A stretch of 64,000 nt of DNA from Salibacteraceae bacterium (lineage in GTDB: Bacteria; Bacteroidota; Bacteroidia; Flavobacteriales_G; Salibacteraceae): the NCBI GenBank assembly GCA_965658375.1, contig CBFHSD010000009.1:229-64228 (forward strand), in the 5' to 3' direction. The notes beneath the pieces were generated by a model that saw only the letters and a program-made list of their open reading frames with translations, was not told the DNA's origin and did not search any database. Of the stretch, positions 35,918 through 45,614 are shown one piece after another. A program made the translations under genes and the position numbers. The first letter of the stretch is position 1; every line of letters starts with the position of its first letter.

Positions 35918-38869
35918 TTAGTAGTTGAACAAATCTTCTGCTTGAATTTCAACCACTTTGCCAAGTGCTTCAAGCTCTTCCATATTTAGAAGTTCTTTGT
36001 TCCCCATGACCATTATCGCATAGGTTTTGTTCTCAACATGCTTAGAGAAAAACTCATCCATTTGCTCTAGAGTGGCATTTTGAGCAAACTCATAAATGTC
36101 TTTTCTGTAATCATAATCAAGCCCCATTTTCTTGTTGGCCATGTACGTCCAGAAAATAGAAGACTTCATAATTCTTTCACTTTCAATTTTACTTTGAATC
36201 GCTTGCTTAGATGCTTCAAATTGGTATTCAATTTGGGGAACATCATCCAAAATGCGCTTCATTTCTTTCATGGCATCTTTCATTTTGTCTGCCTGGGTTC
36301 CAACAAAAGCAATAACATAATTGCTTTGATCTGCTCTTGATGGCTCTGAGTAAGATGCAAAAGCCGTATACGCTAAACCTCTTGCTTCTCTAATTTCTTG
36401 GAAAACTACCGAGCTTAATCCAGAACCATAATACTCATTGAACAACTCGCTCTGAGGCATCAACTTCGCATCAAATTGTTGGTCTTTAGAAAGCATTACA
36501 ATATTGGTTTGAACCATATCGTAGTTTAAGAAATATACCACTGGTTCTTTTGTTGCTTGTTCCTCAAATTTCTTCATTTCAGGAATAGCTTGTGCTTTCT
36601 TAGGCATCTTGTGGTTTTCAACAATCAAAGACTTTGCTTCTTTCATTTCACGTGGGCCATAATAAAACACTGTATGCTCATAGTTATAAAGCTTGGCAAC
36701 CTTCTTTACCAATGCCTCTGGATCCATAGAGAGCATTTCTTCATTGCTCAATACATATCTATTTGGATTGTCTGTTCCATACTTACCAAAAGGATAAAGA
36801 CCTCCCCATAATAGGTTGTTTTTACTCAACATGGCATTTGAACGCTCTTTTACTTGACCGGCAGAAAACTGCTCGTAAACTGCTGCATCTGCTTTCGCAT
36901 TGGCCATTAGCTCTTCTAAAAGTTCAATTCCTTTTTCCAAGTTCTTATCTAGTCCTCTCAATGAAACGTAGCATCTTTCTTCTCCAGAATTTACTCCAAT
37001 GCTCAATCCCAACTTATAAAACTCTTGCTTTAATTGCTCAGAAGTGTACTTGTCGGTCCCTAAGTAATCCAGGTAGTCTACAGCGATAGGAAGCTCTTTA
37101 TCGTGCATTCTTCCCATTTCAAACACGTATACTACTTGAGCCAATTCATTGTTTACATTTTTAATGTAAGCCAAATCAATTCCTTCATTCAAACTTTCTT
37201 GTTTCAATGCCGCATTGAAATCAACAAATACAGGATTCAGTTTTGCGCTCTCCCATGTGTTGAATTCATTCACAAACTTCGATGTAGCCTCTCTGTTCAT
37301 TTGAACAGAAGTAATTTCTGGTTTCTCTACTTTCACCACAGATGAATCAACCCCTGTGTTTTTGTAAACCACTACATAGTTGTTTGAGGTAAACTTCTCT
37401 TTGGCGAAGGCTTGTAAATCTTCTTGCGTGTAAGAATCTACCTTGTCTAAGAACTTCACTGTTTGCTCCCAAGGTTGTTCGCTAATAAAAGCTTCTACCA
37501 TATTAAACACCTTGTAATTGCTCTCTGCTTGACGAATTTCACTTAAACGGAAATTGTTGCTGATGGCATCTAACATCCAATCTGCCATTTCACCGTTTTT
37601 CACTTTTTCAAGTTCAGCCAAAAGCAAGTCTTTTACTTCTTCAAGGCTTTGACCTTCTCTGGCGGTTCCTATTAAGTAGAACATGCCATAATCGTTCATA
37701 GCGCTCATGCTTGCTCCGGCATCCAATACTTTTTGACTTTGTACCAGGTCCAAATCAATCAATCCGGCTTTTCCATTGCTCAGCACTTCGCTTAACAAAG
37801 TTCCTAAGTACTCATCTTCACTGCCATAACCATCTAGTCTAAAGCCAATCATTACTGATTCTCTTTCTGGACCATACACATGTTTTTCAATAACAGAAGT
37901 AATTGGCTTTTCCTGCACAGAAGTATATGTTGGAATGTTTGGATTTGAAGGCAATGAACCGAAGTTATCTGCAATAATTTTAATTGCTTCTTCTGTTTTA
38001 AAGTCTCCACTTAAACATACCGCCATGTTGTTTGCACGGTAGTAAGTATCCCAATAATTATGGATAGCTTCCATACTTGGGTTCTTCAAATGCTCTGCTG
38101 TTCCAATAGTAGACTGTTGACCATATTGATGACTTGGAAATAGGCCGTCTAACAAAGCGAAGTATTGCTTTCTAGCATCGTTGTCTTGACCAATATTGAA
38201 TTCTTCATAAACAGCCTCTAGCTCTGTGTGGAACAAGCGCAACACCAATTGGCTAAAACGCTCAGATTCCAATTTAACCCAACGCTCTAATTCGTTTGCG
38301 GGGATGTTGTTCATGTACACCGTTTCTTCAAAACTTGTGTATGCATTGGTGCTCTTACCTCCTATTTGTGAGATGATTTTGTCGTACTCATTGGGGATAG
38401 CAAAGCCAGAAGCCACATTAGAAACACTATCTATTTGCGCATAAATGGCTTTTTTCTTAGCTGGATCTGTTTCTGCCTTATGAGCTTCGTACAAATTTGA
38501 AATTTGCTCAAGTAGCACTTTCTCTTCTTCCCAATTAGAGGTTCCAAGAATATCTGTGCCTTTGAACATCATGTGTTCTAAGTAATGCGCAAGACCTGTA
38601 TTGTCTGAAGGATCAAACTTTGAACCTGCTCTAACAGGAATTAAGGTTTGAATGCGAGGTTCGTCATGATTCTCTGCCAAATAAACGCTCAATCCATTTT
38701 CAAGTGTATAGATTTTAACGTCCATCGGATCGCCCTCTACATAAGTGTAGGTGTAGCCATTGGCATCTTGGGCTGTTTTGGTGATTGATTGCGCAGATGC
38801 TGTATTGCCAAAAGCAACGAAAGCCAGCGCCATCAAGGTAAAAGTGAAATTCTTAATTGTTGATTTCAT
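35918..38869 (-). CDS. M16-family (pitrilysin/insulinase) zinc peptidase, two-module secreted form
   Basis: Signal peptide present. Inverted zinc motif GLAHYLEHMMFKGT (HxxEH). 983 aa. Confidence 0.85.
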   Translation of the reverse strand: MKSTIKNFTFTLMALAFVAFGNTASAQSITKTAQDANGYTYTYVEGDPMDVKIYTLENGLSVYLAENHDEPRIQTLIPVRAGSKFDPSDNTGLAHYLEHMMFKGTDILGTSNWEEEKVLLEQISNLYEAHKAETDPAKKKAIYAQIDSVSNVASGFAIPNEYDKIISQIGGKSTNAYTSFEETVYMNNIPANELERWVKLESERFSQLVLRLFHTELEAVYEEFNIGQDNDARKQYFALLDGLFPSHQYGQQSTIGTAEHLKNPSMEAIHNYWDTYYRANNMAVCLSGDFKTEEAIKIIADNFGSLPSNPNIPTYTSVQEKPITSVIEKHVYGPERESVMIGFRLDGYGSEDEYLGTLLSEVLSNGKAGLIDLDLVQSQKVLDAGASMSAMNDYGMFYLIGTAREGQSLEEVKDLLLAELEKVKNGEMADWMLDAISNNFRLSEIRQAESNYKVFNMVEAFISEQPWEQTVKFLDKVDSYTQEDLQAFAKEKFTSNNYVVVYKNTGVDSSVVKVEKPEITSVQMNREATSKFVNEFNTWESAKLNPVFVDFNAALKQESLNEGIDLAYIKNVNNELAQVVYVFEMGRMHDKELPIAVDYLDYLGTDKYTSEQLKQEFYKLGLSIGVNSGEERCYVSLRGLDKNLEKGIELLEELMANAKADAAVYEQFSAGQVKERSNAMLSKNNLLWGGLYPFGKYGTDNPNRYVLSNEEMLSMDPEALVKKVAKLYNYEHTVFYYGPREMKEAKSLIVENHKMPKKAQAIPEMKKFEEQATKEPVVYFLNYDMVQTNIVMLSKDQQFDAKLMPQSELFNEYYGSGLSSVVFQEIREARGLAYTAFASYSEPSRADQSNYVIAFVGTQADKMKDAMKEMKRILDDVPQIEYQFEASKQAIQSKIESERIMKSSIFWTYMANKKMGLDYDYRKDIYEFAQNATLEQMDEFFSKHVENKTYAIMVMGNKELLNMEELEALGKVVEIQAEDLFNY

Positions 38870-38930
38870 AATAAATTACTTAAACTGTGAAGGAAAGCCT
38901 ACAGCTTCCCGGATGATGATAAACGGAAGG

Positions 38931-38963
38931 TTTAAAAACAAAAAAGCTCCGAAAAACGGAGCT
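38931..38963 (-). terminator. rho-independent terminator ending the cytochrome/SCO1 operon
   Basis: AGCTCCG-aaaaa-CGGAGCT hairpin, followed on the minus strand by TTTTTTGTTTT. Confidence 0.75.
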
Positions 38964-38983
38964 TTGAATGTGTTGTATTTGGT

Positions 38984-39130
38984 TTAGTAGATGATTCCAA
39001 ACATGATGAGCGACATTACAAGCAATATTGCTACAATGTAAAACATAGCTCCACCTGTAATTGTCTCGTCCAACATTTGATTTGCTAAACTTTTATTTTC
39101 ATTTGATTCGTGCTCGTTAGAATGATCCAT
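38984..39130 (-). CDS. possible 48-aa tail-anchored membrane peptide
   Basis: ATG 39130..39128 to TAA 38986..38984. Reads MDHSNEHESNENKSLANQMLDETITGGAMFYIVAILLVMSLIMFGIIY. Lies 56 nt downstream of the cytochrome c gene and just upstream of the terminator. Not in the ORF track because it is under 60 aa. Confidence 0.4.
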   Translation of the reverse strand: MDHSNEHESNENKSLANQMLDETITGGAMFYIVAILLVMSLIMFGIIY

Positions 39131-39186
39131 TGTTATCATATTTTATAGCAACAAATGTAATTATTCAATTCTGTATTGAAAGCAAA

Positions 39187-39597
39187 TTATCGGCAATTTG
39201 CCACCTGTTCGTTTACTTGTTTTACCGACAATCCACGATCATCAGCCCAGGTAGAATATACGTAACTCGAAATAGAGGCAATTTCTTCTGAACTCAATTG
39301 AGGCATTCCATTCATTTTGCCATTGTAAGAGGCGCCACCTACGCGTAATTCTCCCTCTTTTCCATAAAAGACCACACAAGCAAATTGATCTTTAATTTGC
39401 TTCAAACGCTCTGCATTATTTAATGGTGGAATTAAGCCTTCTAAGCCGCTTCCGTCATCCATATGGCAGTTGGCACATTGGCTTTGATACAGCTCTGCCG
39501 ATTTATCTCCCGGAAGCGTGCACGTGCGTGTGAAAATGGCAATCAAAATTAAAATTGCTACGCCACCAATTACTTTAAGTCTATTCGCGATGTGCAT
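39187..39597 (-). CDS. membrane-anchored class I c-type cytochrome
   Basis: N-terminal TM helix, CANCH haem site and a distal Met in GKMNGMPQL. 136 aa. Confidence 0.8.
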   Translation of the reverse strand: MHIANRLKVIGGVAILILIAIFTRTCTLPGDKSAELYQSQCANCHMDDGSGLEGLIPPLNNAERLKQIKDQFACVVFYGKEGELRVGGASYNGKMNGMPQLSSEEIASISSYVYSTWADDRGLSVKQVNEQVANCR

Positions 39598-40246
39598 TTT
39601 CTAATTCCTTGAGAAGTTCAATATCTAATGCCAACTGATCCACATCTTGTTCTACGGTTCCATCGTAGTATCCTCTTATTTTGTGGTTGCCATCTATCAA
39701 CACAAAATGGCCACTGTGCATGTATCCACCTGGTGCTGCATCGTCTTCACCAGCTACTACCATGTACTTTTCTGCCATAGCTTGAATGTGCTTCATTTTG
39801 CCTGTCACAAAGTTCCACTTAGGCGCCTCTACCTCTAGTTTGGTAGCGTATGCCTTAAGTTTAGGAACAGAATCGTTACGTGTATCTATAGAATGTGATA
39901 GAAAATAGACTTGATCATCTGTTTCAAACGCTCCGTATAAGCGCAACATTTGCTTTGTCATTTTTGGGCAAATCGTTGGACAAGAGGTGAAGAAGAAATC
40001 GGTTACATAGATTTTTCCATTGTAGAATTCTCCAGTTACTATTTGGCTGTCTTGATTCATAAATTCGAAAGAAGCTAAATCTGGGTAAAGAGTATCTATT
40101 TGTGGCTTACCATCTTCATTGGTCACTAAAGCTTCTTCTCCCCCTAAGACAGGTAAATCTGTTTTTTCTTGAACTCCTTTGATGCAAGATGAGAACAAAA
40201 CGGTACTCATTAGTGCTAAGTAAATCGGGAATCTCATTTGGTTCAT
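39581..40246 (-). CDS. SCO1/SenC-family copper chaperone lipoprotein
   Basis: Motif FFFTSCPTICP (CxxxC) and a conserved His in MHSGHFVLID. Lipobox VLFSSC. The start is ambiguous between 40267, 40246 and 40237. Confidence 0.8.
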   Translation of the reverse strand: MNQMRFPIYLALMSTVLFSSCIKGVQEKTDLPVLGGEEALVTNEDGKPQIDTLYPDLASFEFMNQDSQIVTGEFYNGKIYVTDFFFTSCPTICPKMTKQMLRLYGAFETDDQVYFLSHSIDTRNDSVPKLKAYATKLEVEAPKWNFVTGKMKHIQAMAEKYMVVAGEDDAAPGGYMHSGHFVLIDGNHKIRGYYDGTVEQDVDQLALDIELLKELENAHRE

Positions 40247-40250
40247 GACA

Positions 40251-40679
40251 TTATTCTTTGCCTTCAAATAAAGTATCTGCCTTAATAATAGCAGCTTTCA
40301 TATCTATCGCTACTTGTGTAATCTTCACCAGCTCTTTATTCAAGTAAACAATGGCTTCGTCATCCTTCACTTTCATACTTGGCAGCTTAAAATTCATCAT
40401 CCAATTGTTCATGCCATCGCTTGCCAACTCTAAAGAAGTTTTGGTTTCTTTCAACGCTATAATTCTTGCTTCATCTGCACCGATGGTATCAGAACTTATC
40501 ATTTCCAGCTCTTCTTCAATGTTTTCTAAATGCAGGTTAATATCCGCCATTTGGGGCATTACCTCATCATGAACCTTCATTACCTCAGCACCAAGTAATT
40601 TTCTTTTTTCTGCCTTCTCATAATCACAAGAGGTCAACACTAAAAGCAACAGTGCTATTAAGCCCAATCCTTTTTTCAT
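40251..40679 (-). CDS. Met-rich helical lipoprotein, function unknown
   Basis: Lipobox LVLTSC. The 125-aa mature part contains 9 Met, including MPQM and MNNWMM clusters. Confidence 0.5.
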   Translation of the reverse strand: MKKGLGLIALLLLVLTSCDYEKAEKRKLLGAEVMKVHDEVMPQMADINLHLENIEEELEMISSDTIGADEARIIALKETKTSLELASDGMNNWMMNFKLPSMKVKDDEAIVYLNKELVKITQVAIDMKAAIIKADTLFEGKE

Positions 40680-40682
40680 TTC

Positions 40683-41879
40683 TTAATCTTTATTCTCGTT
40701 TAATAATTGAATCGCCAAATAAGCCATTAGGGCACTACCTGTGAGCATAGACTTTTCATTTGGGTTAAACTTATTCGAATGCAAGCCATGATTCTCTTGG
40801 TTTTCATGCCCCACTCCTAATCTCCAAAAGCAGCCTTTCATTGCTTGAGAGTAATTACCAAAGTCTTCACCACCCATTCTCTGGGGAACCTCAACAACAT
40901 GCACTTCACCCAGCAATTCCCTAGCATAGTCTTTACAGGAGTCTGTGAGGGCAGGATGATTGAAAACAGAAGGATAGCCTTTCCGAATATCCATATCAAT
41001 CTCTACTCCATGACTCTTTGCAGTTGCTTCTGCAATGCGCAATATGTGCTTGTGTGCTGTTGAACGCCACTCTTCGTTGAGTGCTCTGAATGTTCCCTGC
41101 AAGCTTACCTGATTAGGAATAACATTGGTGGCCCCAGCGGCATTCACATAGCCGATAGAAAGCACAGAAGCTTCATCTGTTGGTTTCAATCGAGAACACA
41201 CTTGCTGTAGGTTCACAATGAGTTGAGCCGAAGCCAAGACTGTATCATTTATTTTATGTGGTGTGGCTGCATGTCCTCCATTTCCCGTGACAGAGATGTG
41301 CAGCTCATCGCAACTGGCCATGAATTTTCCTGAGTGAAAGCCAACTTTACCTGCTGGTAATGTTGGCTCTACATGTTGCCCCAAAATAGCCATGGCATGC
41401 AAATCAATGGCCTTCTCTTCTAACATGAGTTTAGCACCACCAGGCAAAAGCTCTTCTCCTGGTTGAAATACAAAATCAATACTACCCGAAAATGTATGTC
41501 GCATTTCATTTAAAATGGAAACGGCTCCTAACAAACAAGCGGTATGAATATCATGACCACAAGCATGCATCACTCCTTCTTGTGTACTTTTAAAAGAAAG
41601 ATCTGTTTTTTCCTCAATGGGAAGAGCATCCATATCTGCCCTCAAGATTAATTTTTGATCACCACTTTGCTTGCCAGAAATCTTCGCAACAATGCCATGT
41701 TTCACAAAACCACTTTTAAACTGCACCCCTAAATCACGCAAAACGCTTTGAATGAATTTGCTGGTATGCTCTTCTTCAAAAGAAAGCTCTGGGTTTTGAT
41801 GCAAGTGCCTTCTCCAATCTTGCAGTTGACTGTAAATCAGTTCAGCCTTTTTCAGAATGCTTTTTGGTAAATCTATCAT
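40683..41879 (-). CDS. M20D-family amidohydrolase (N-acyl-L-amino-acid amidohydrolase/hippuricase type)
   Basis: Motifs LRADMDALP, HACGHDIH, QPGEE and GNGGHAATPH. 398 aa. Confidence 0.8.
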   Translation of the reverse strand: MIDLPKSILKKAELIYSQLQDWRRHLHQNPELSFEEEHTSKFIQSVLRDLGVQFKSGFVKHGIVAKISGKQSGDQKLILRADMDALPIEEKTDLSFKSTQEGVMHACGHDIHTACLLGAVSILNEMRHTFSGSIDFVFQPGEELLPGGAKLMLEEKAIDLHAMAILGQHVEPTLPAGKVGFHSGKFMASCDELHISVTGNGGHAATPHKINDTVLASAQLIVNLQQVCSRLKPTDEASVLSIGYVNAAGATNVIPNQVSLQGTFRALNEEWRSTAHKHILRIAEATAKSHGVEIDMDIRKGYPSVFNHPALTDSCKDYARELLGEVHVVEVPQRMGGEDFGNYSQAMKGCFWRLGVGHENQENHGLHSNKFNPNEKSMLTGSALMAYLAIQLLNENKD

Positions 41880-42247
41880 TTTGAGAAAAAGATCATGCGC
41901 ACGGCAATTACCAGCATCAACACTCCGAAAATGCGCTTGAGTAACACTTCATCAATTGAGAGAGATAGCTTTGACCCAAAAAAACCACCAATAACAAATG
42001 CTCCTGCGATAATGAGTCCTGCTTTAATGTCCAGCGCTCCTGATTTGTAGTAATTCATGGCTGCCAAAATACCAATAGGAAGCAGCATAAGTCCTAGGCT
42101 TGTTCCTTGCGCTTCATGTTGCGTCATCCCTAAAAAAAAGACCAAGGCTGGCACTATAATAATACCACCTCCAACACCAAACATGCCACTAAGAACACCG
42201 GCCGCTAGACCAATTATGATTAAAATAATGATTTCTTGCATACGCAT
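41876..42247 (-). CDS. half-size TauE/SafE (DUF81) family membrane protein
   Basis: 123 aa with 4 predicted TM helices. GVGGGIIIVPAL motif. ATGA overlap with the amidohydrolase gene. Confidence 0.6.
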   Translation of the reverse strand: MRMQEIIILIIIGLAAGVLSGMFGVGGGIIIVPALVFFLGMTQHEAQGTSLGLMLLPIGILAAMNYYKSGALDIKAGLIIAGAFVIGGFFGSKLSLSIDEVLLKRIFGVLMLVIAVRMIFFSK

Positions 42248-42256
42248 AGTTCTTGC

Positions 42257-45200
42257 TTAAAAGTCAAGACTTAGAGATACAAAACTAGAAGGTTTTTGTA
42301 CAATACCATCCACTACACCCCAAGCATAATCCCAACGCACAAAGTATCCGAGCACTTTAGCTCTAAGCCCAAAGCCATATGCGCCTACAACAGGATCTAC
42401 TTGATTTCTTACTCGTACTTCAAGTGAACCGTTTGGGCCAGTATCATAGGTTTTGATGTTAAAGGAATTGTCATCGCTGTATGGGTTCCAACCTGTCCAA
42501 GCTGTGCCAATATCACCAAAACCAACTACTTGGAAATAACGTATTAAATCTGACTTAATAGGCTTGTTTAACAGGTATTGAAACAGCGGCAAACGCAACT
42601 CTGAATTGATCAAAGCAAAGCTATTTCCATTTCTCACATTCTGTGGGAATCCTCTTAAAGGAGTGGCAATGGTTTGCCAAATGTAATTCTGATCGCTTGC
42701 CACATTTTGAGAAAAGTCAAATCGTGGGCGGTCCGAAAGCAGCATCCAATTATCTACAGAACCTAGATAGTATACCAGCTTACGAGAGCCAAAAGAAGAA
42801 CTCGCAGAGAGCCGGTTCGCCCAAATGAAGTTTCTATGAATCTTGATATACTTTCTGTAATCTAAGCCAATAATGTTGATATCTGTTTCTGGAGCACCAG
42901 CGACTTGGTAACGCTCTGCAAAAATTTTCCAACGTGTTCCACTCCACAAATTGAGATCTAGTTTTCTCACATTATCAAAGACAAATTCAACTTTACCACC
43001 AAGCCACCAAGACATTGCATCGGGTGTCAATAAAGATTGTTGATCTGTAGAGAGTGTAACTTGCTGATCATTGCGAACACTTGCAGTTGCCCTTAGAGCA
43101 AACACCTCGCTAAACGGAATATTGTACTCGCCTTTTACTTGATGGATTTGCATTTTACCCAAACCAAAATCTCCAAAGGGCTGCACAATGACCTGTCTTT
43201 GGAAAGTATACTTCTTGTCTATTTTTTTTCTTCGGTTGGTATAAGAGAAAAAGAACTCTGTATTGTCTCCATTGAAAGACAGGCGCATTCCCCCTTCGAA
43301 GTTGTAGTCTTCCATAACATCAAAAATGGAAACCTTAGTTACCAAGCCCATTCCTGGTGGCACATATGGGCCTCCGTTAAAAGGTTGATACAGTTGATTG
43401 GCAAAGTCAAAATCAAACTGGGTGGTTAACTGGGTGGCGCGCATGGCTACCCTGTAGTTTTCTATGAGGGGCATTTTGAAGCCTTCTGGCTTTGGAGCCT
43501 GAGGCACATTCTGTTTAATGATCGCATCAGGATCGCTTTTAAGCGCTACTTGGTTGGCATTCACCACAGGTTGAGGCGTATTCGAATTTTCTTCTACCGT
43601 TTCTGAAGAGAATTGGTAATTCAGAATATCTACCTCTCCCTCTTCCAAGGTTGGCTTCTGTTCAATGGCAGTTTCTTTGGGTTGAATTTCTACACCCGAT
43701 TCGTCTCCATCTCTACCTCGAAGAAACTCGAAATAGCTCGTTAATGCCAAAGCATCCAAAGGCTTTTGCGCTGCTATACTCTCAAAGTAAAAATTATGTT
43801 TACCATCTACATAGAGTATCTCTGAAATACGGTCGGCAGAAGGTTCTACAAAATGCTCTTTAATGTTTCTCTTGTAATTGGTTACTGGCTGCGCACTGGT
43901 AAAATAACGGTAATGGATGGTGGTGTCAATATGGCTAATAGCACTATCTCTCTGCCCCAAATAACGGTTCACAATTCCATTTTGATCACTTAAGAAAAAG
44001 AATTGCTTTTCATTCAAACCAAAAGGCTGACTCTCATTAAAGTAAGGGGTCTTCGTCAATTGTACCACCTGATCTTCAAGCTCTGGATCGAATTGAAAGA
44101 GGTCGAAAGTTTTGCCAAAAGGCGGTAATCCCTCAGGCATCAGGGAGTCTGTGGTTCTGTTAGAACTAAAGAGAATACGATAGGTAGGATCATTCATGTA
44201 ACGCGGATCCAGATCATCATAAATATCGTCTGTCAATTGCTTTTGACTGCTTGTAAGCACCTTATACTCGTAAATATCGCTTTGCCCTCCGTTTATTGCA
44301 GAAAGGGCTATACGGGTTCCATCCGGAGAATAGCTAAAACTAATGACGCGTTCCAATCGCCTCAACTGTTTCTTGTTCCATTTCTTTTCAATAAAGGAAT
44401 ACGTATTCAACCATATTTCGCCCTTCTTTTCATTGATAATGGCCAGTTCCTCTCCGTTGGGATGCCATTCTACAATAGGGTAATTCTCATCAACTAAGCG
44501 GTCTAACTTATGTTCGCCCTTCAATATCCGTTTGCGCTTCTCTTTTTCGGCATCATACAACCATACTTTGTATTGTCCTAATTCATTGGTGACCCATACC
44601 GCTTTATCGCCTTGAGGGTTCACTCTAAACCTCATGTATTCACGCGATTTTTTTACCCGTGTGCTAATTGGTTCTGGGGGAACCAAACGATTTTTTTCGT
44701 CTGAAGCATACTTATTGCGATAGTACTCACCCGCTTCGAGCAGTAAGTTGTTAAGAGAAACACCCAAGACAAACAAAAAACCACTTTCAACGCTACGGCT
44801 AATGCGTGTCATGTATAACACATTGGGAATAACCTCAGTGCCGTACACCTCTGCAATGTAATTCCATAGTGCATGACCCGCCATTGTTGCGTCATCGCCA
44901 GATAAACGATTGAACTTCTTAAATCTGCGATTCATGATGATGTCTCTCACCTGATCATCGGTTTGCACACTCCAAGGCTGAGAAACAAAAGATTCTAGAC
45001 CATTTAAATACCATTCTGGCAAGGTGAGCAAGGTGTTGTTTTTTGCCACTTCTCGCCAACTTTCTCCGTACATGAATTGATTGAGCAAGATCCGTGTCAA
45101 ACCATTGCGCAACTGTTCATCAAAGTTTTGATGATCGCCATCAAAATAGATGAACATCTTATTTCCTTGAATTTGGGTTACACCGCCAATTTTATCTTCT

Positions 45201-45541
45201 CCTGTCTCTAAGCCAACATTGCTTTGCTTAAATTCTGAATGGTTGTTAAAAATGATGATGAGCACTTTTCCGCTTAAGCCGAAGTCGAGTCTTTTCTGAA
45301 AAACTTTGAGAAGATCTAATGTGCGTTCGGATGTGTATTCAGCGAGTGACCGCCCAGTGCCATAATAATAGACATTGAATTGCTCAAAATCTGAATGTTT
45401 CCATTCAAACTCTTGATATTGCAACCTGTTTTTGCCATATTCTTGGTAAGACCCACGGTAAAATTGAGCCTGAGAAATCAAAATGCCAAGAAAGAAGACA
45501 AAACAGAGTGATAACGTACTTTTGATCACCGACAACTGCAT
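42257..45541 (-). CDS. large outer-membrane protein: N-terminal domain, TolB/PD40-like beta-propeller and a C-terminal Omp85 (bacterial surface antigen) barrel
   Basis: Signal peptide MQLSVIKSTLSLCFVFFLGILISQAQ (ATG at 45541 preferred). PD40-like segment YSPDGTRIALSAINGGQSDIYEY. The C-terminus reads PLRGF..NSELRLPL..GFGDIGTAW..YGFGLRA..VRWDYAWG and ends SLDF. Confidence 0.6.
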   Translation of the reverse strand: MQLSVIKSTLSLCFVFFLGILISQAQFYRGSYQEYGKNRLQYQEFEWKHSDFEQFNVYYYGTGRSLAEYTSERTLDLLKVFQKRLDFGLSGKVLIIIFNNHSEFKQSNVGLETGEDKIGGVTQIQGNKMFIYFDGDHQNFDEQLRNGLTRILLNQFMYGESWREVAKNNTLLTLPEWYLNGLESFVSQPWSVQTDDQVRDIIMNRRFKKFNRLSGDDATMAGHALWNYIAEVYGTEVIPNVLYMTRISRSVESGFLFVLGVSLNNLLLEAGEYYRNKYASDEKNRLVPPEPISTRVKKSREYMRFRVNPQGDKAVWVTNELGQYKVWLYDAEKEKRKRILKGEHKLDRLVDENYPIVEWHPNGEELAIINEKKGEIWLNTYSFIEKKWNKKQLRRLERVISFSYSPDGTRIALSAINGGQSDIYEYKVLTSSQKQLTDDIYDDLDPRYMNDPTYRILFSSNRTTDSLMPEGLPPFGKTFDLFQFDPELEDQVVQLTKTPYFNESQPFGLNEKQFFFLSDQNGIVNRYLGQRDSAISHIDTTIHYRYFTSAQPVTNYKRNIKEHFVEPSADRISEILYVDGKHNFYFESIAAQKPLDALALTSYFEFLRGRDGDESGVEIQPKETAIEQKPTLEEGEVDILNYQFSSETVEENSNTPQPVVNANQVALKSDPDAIIKQNVPQAPKPEGFKMPLIENYRVAMRATQLTTQFDFDFANQLYQPFNGGPYVPPGMGLVTKVSIFDVMEDYNFEGGMRLSFNGDNTEFFFSYTNRRKKIDKKYTFQRQVIVQPFGDFGLGKMQIHQVKGEYNIPFSEVFALRATASVRNDQQVTLSTDQQSLLTPDAMSWWLGGKVEFVFDNVRKLDLNLWSGTRWKIFAERYQVAGAPETDINIIGLDYRKYIKIHRNFIWANRLSASSSFGSRKLVYYLGSVDNWMLLSDRPRFDFSQNVASDQNYIWQTIATPLRGFPQNVRNGNSFALINSELRLPLFQYLLNKPIKSDLIRYFQVVGFGDIGTAWTGWNPYSDDNSFNIKTYDTGPNGSLEVRVRNQVDPVVGAYGFGLRAKVLGYFVRWDYAWGVVDGIVQKPSSFVSLSLDF

Positions 45542-45614
45542 TGGCGGCAATTTACGAAATAACCCTGTTGAAGGAAACTCAAATTGCCCAGAATGACTAA
45601 AGCTCCTTAGATTC

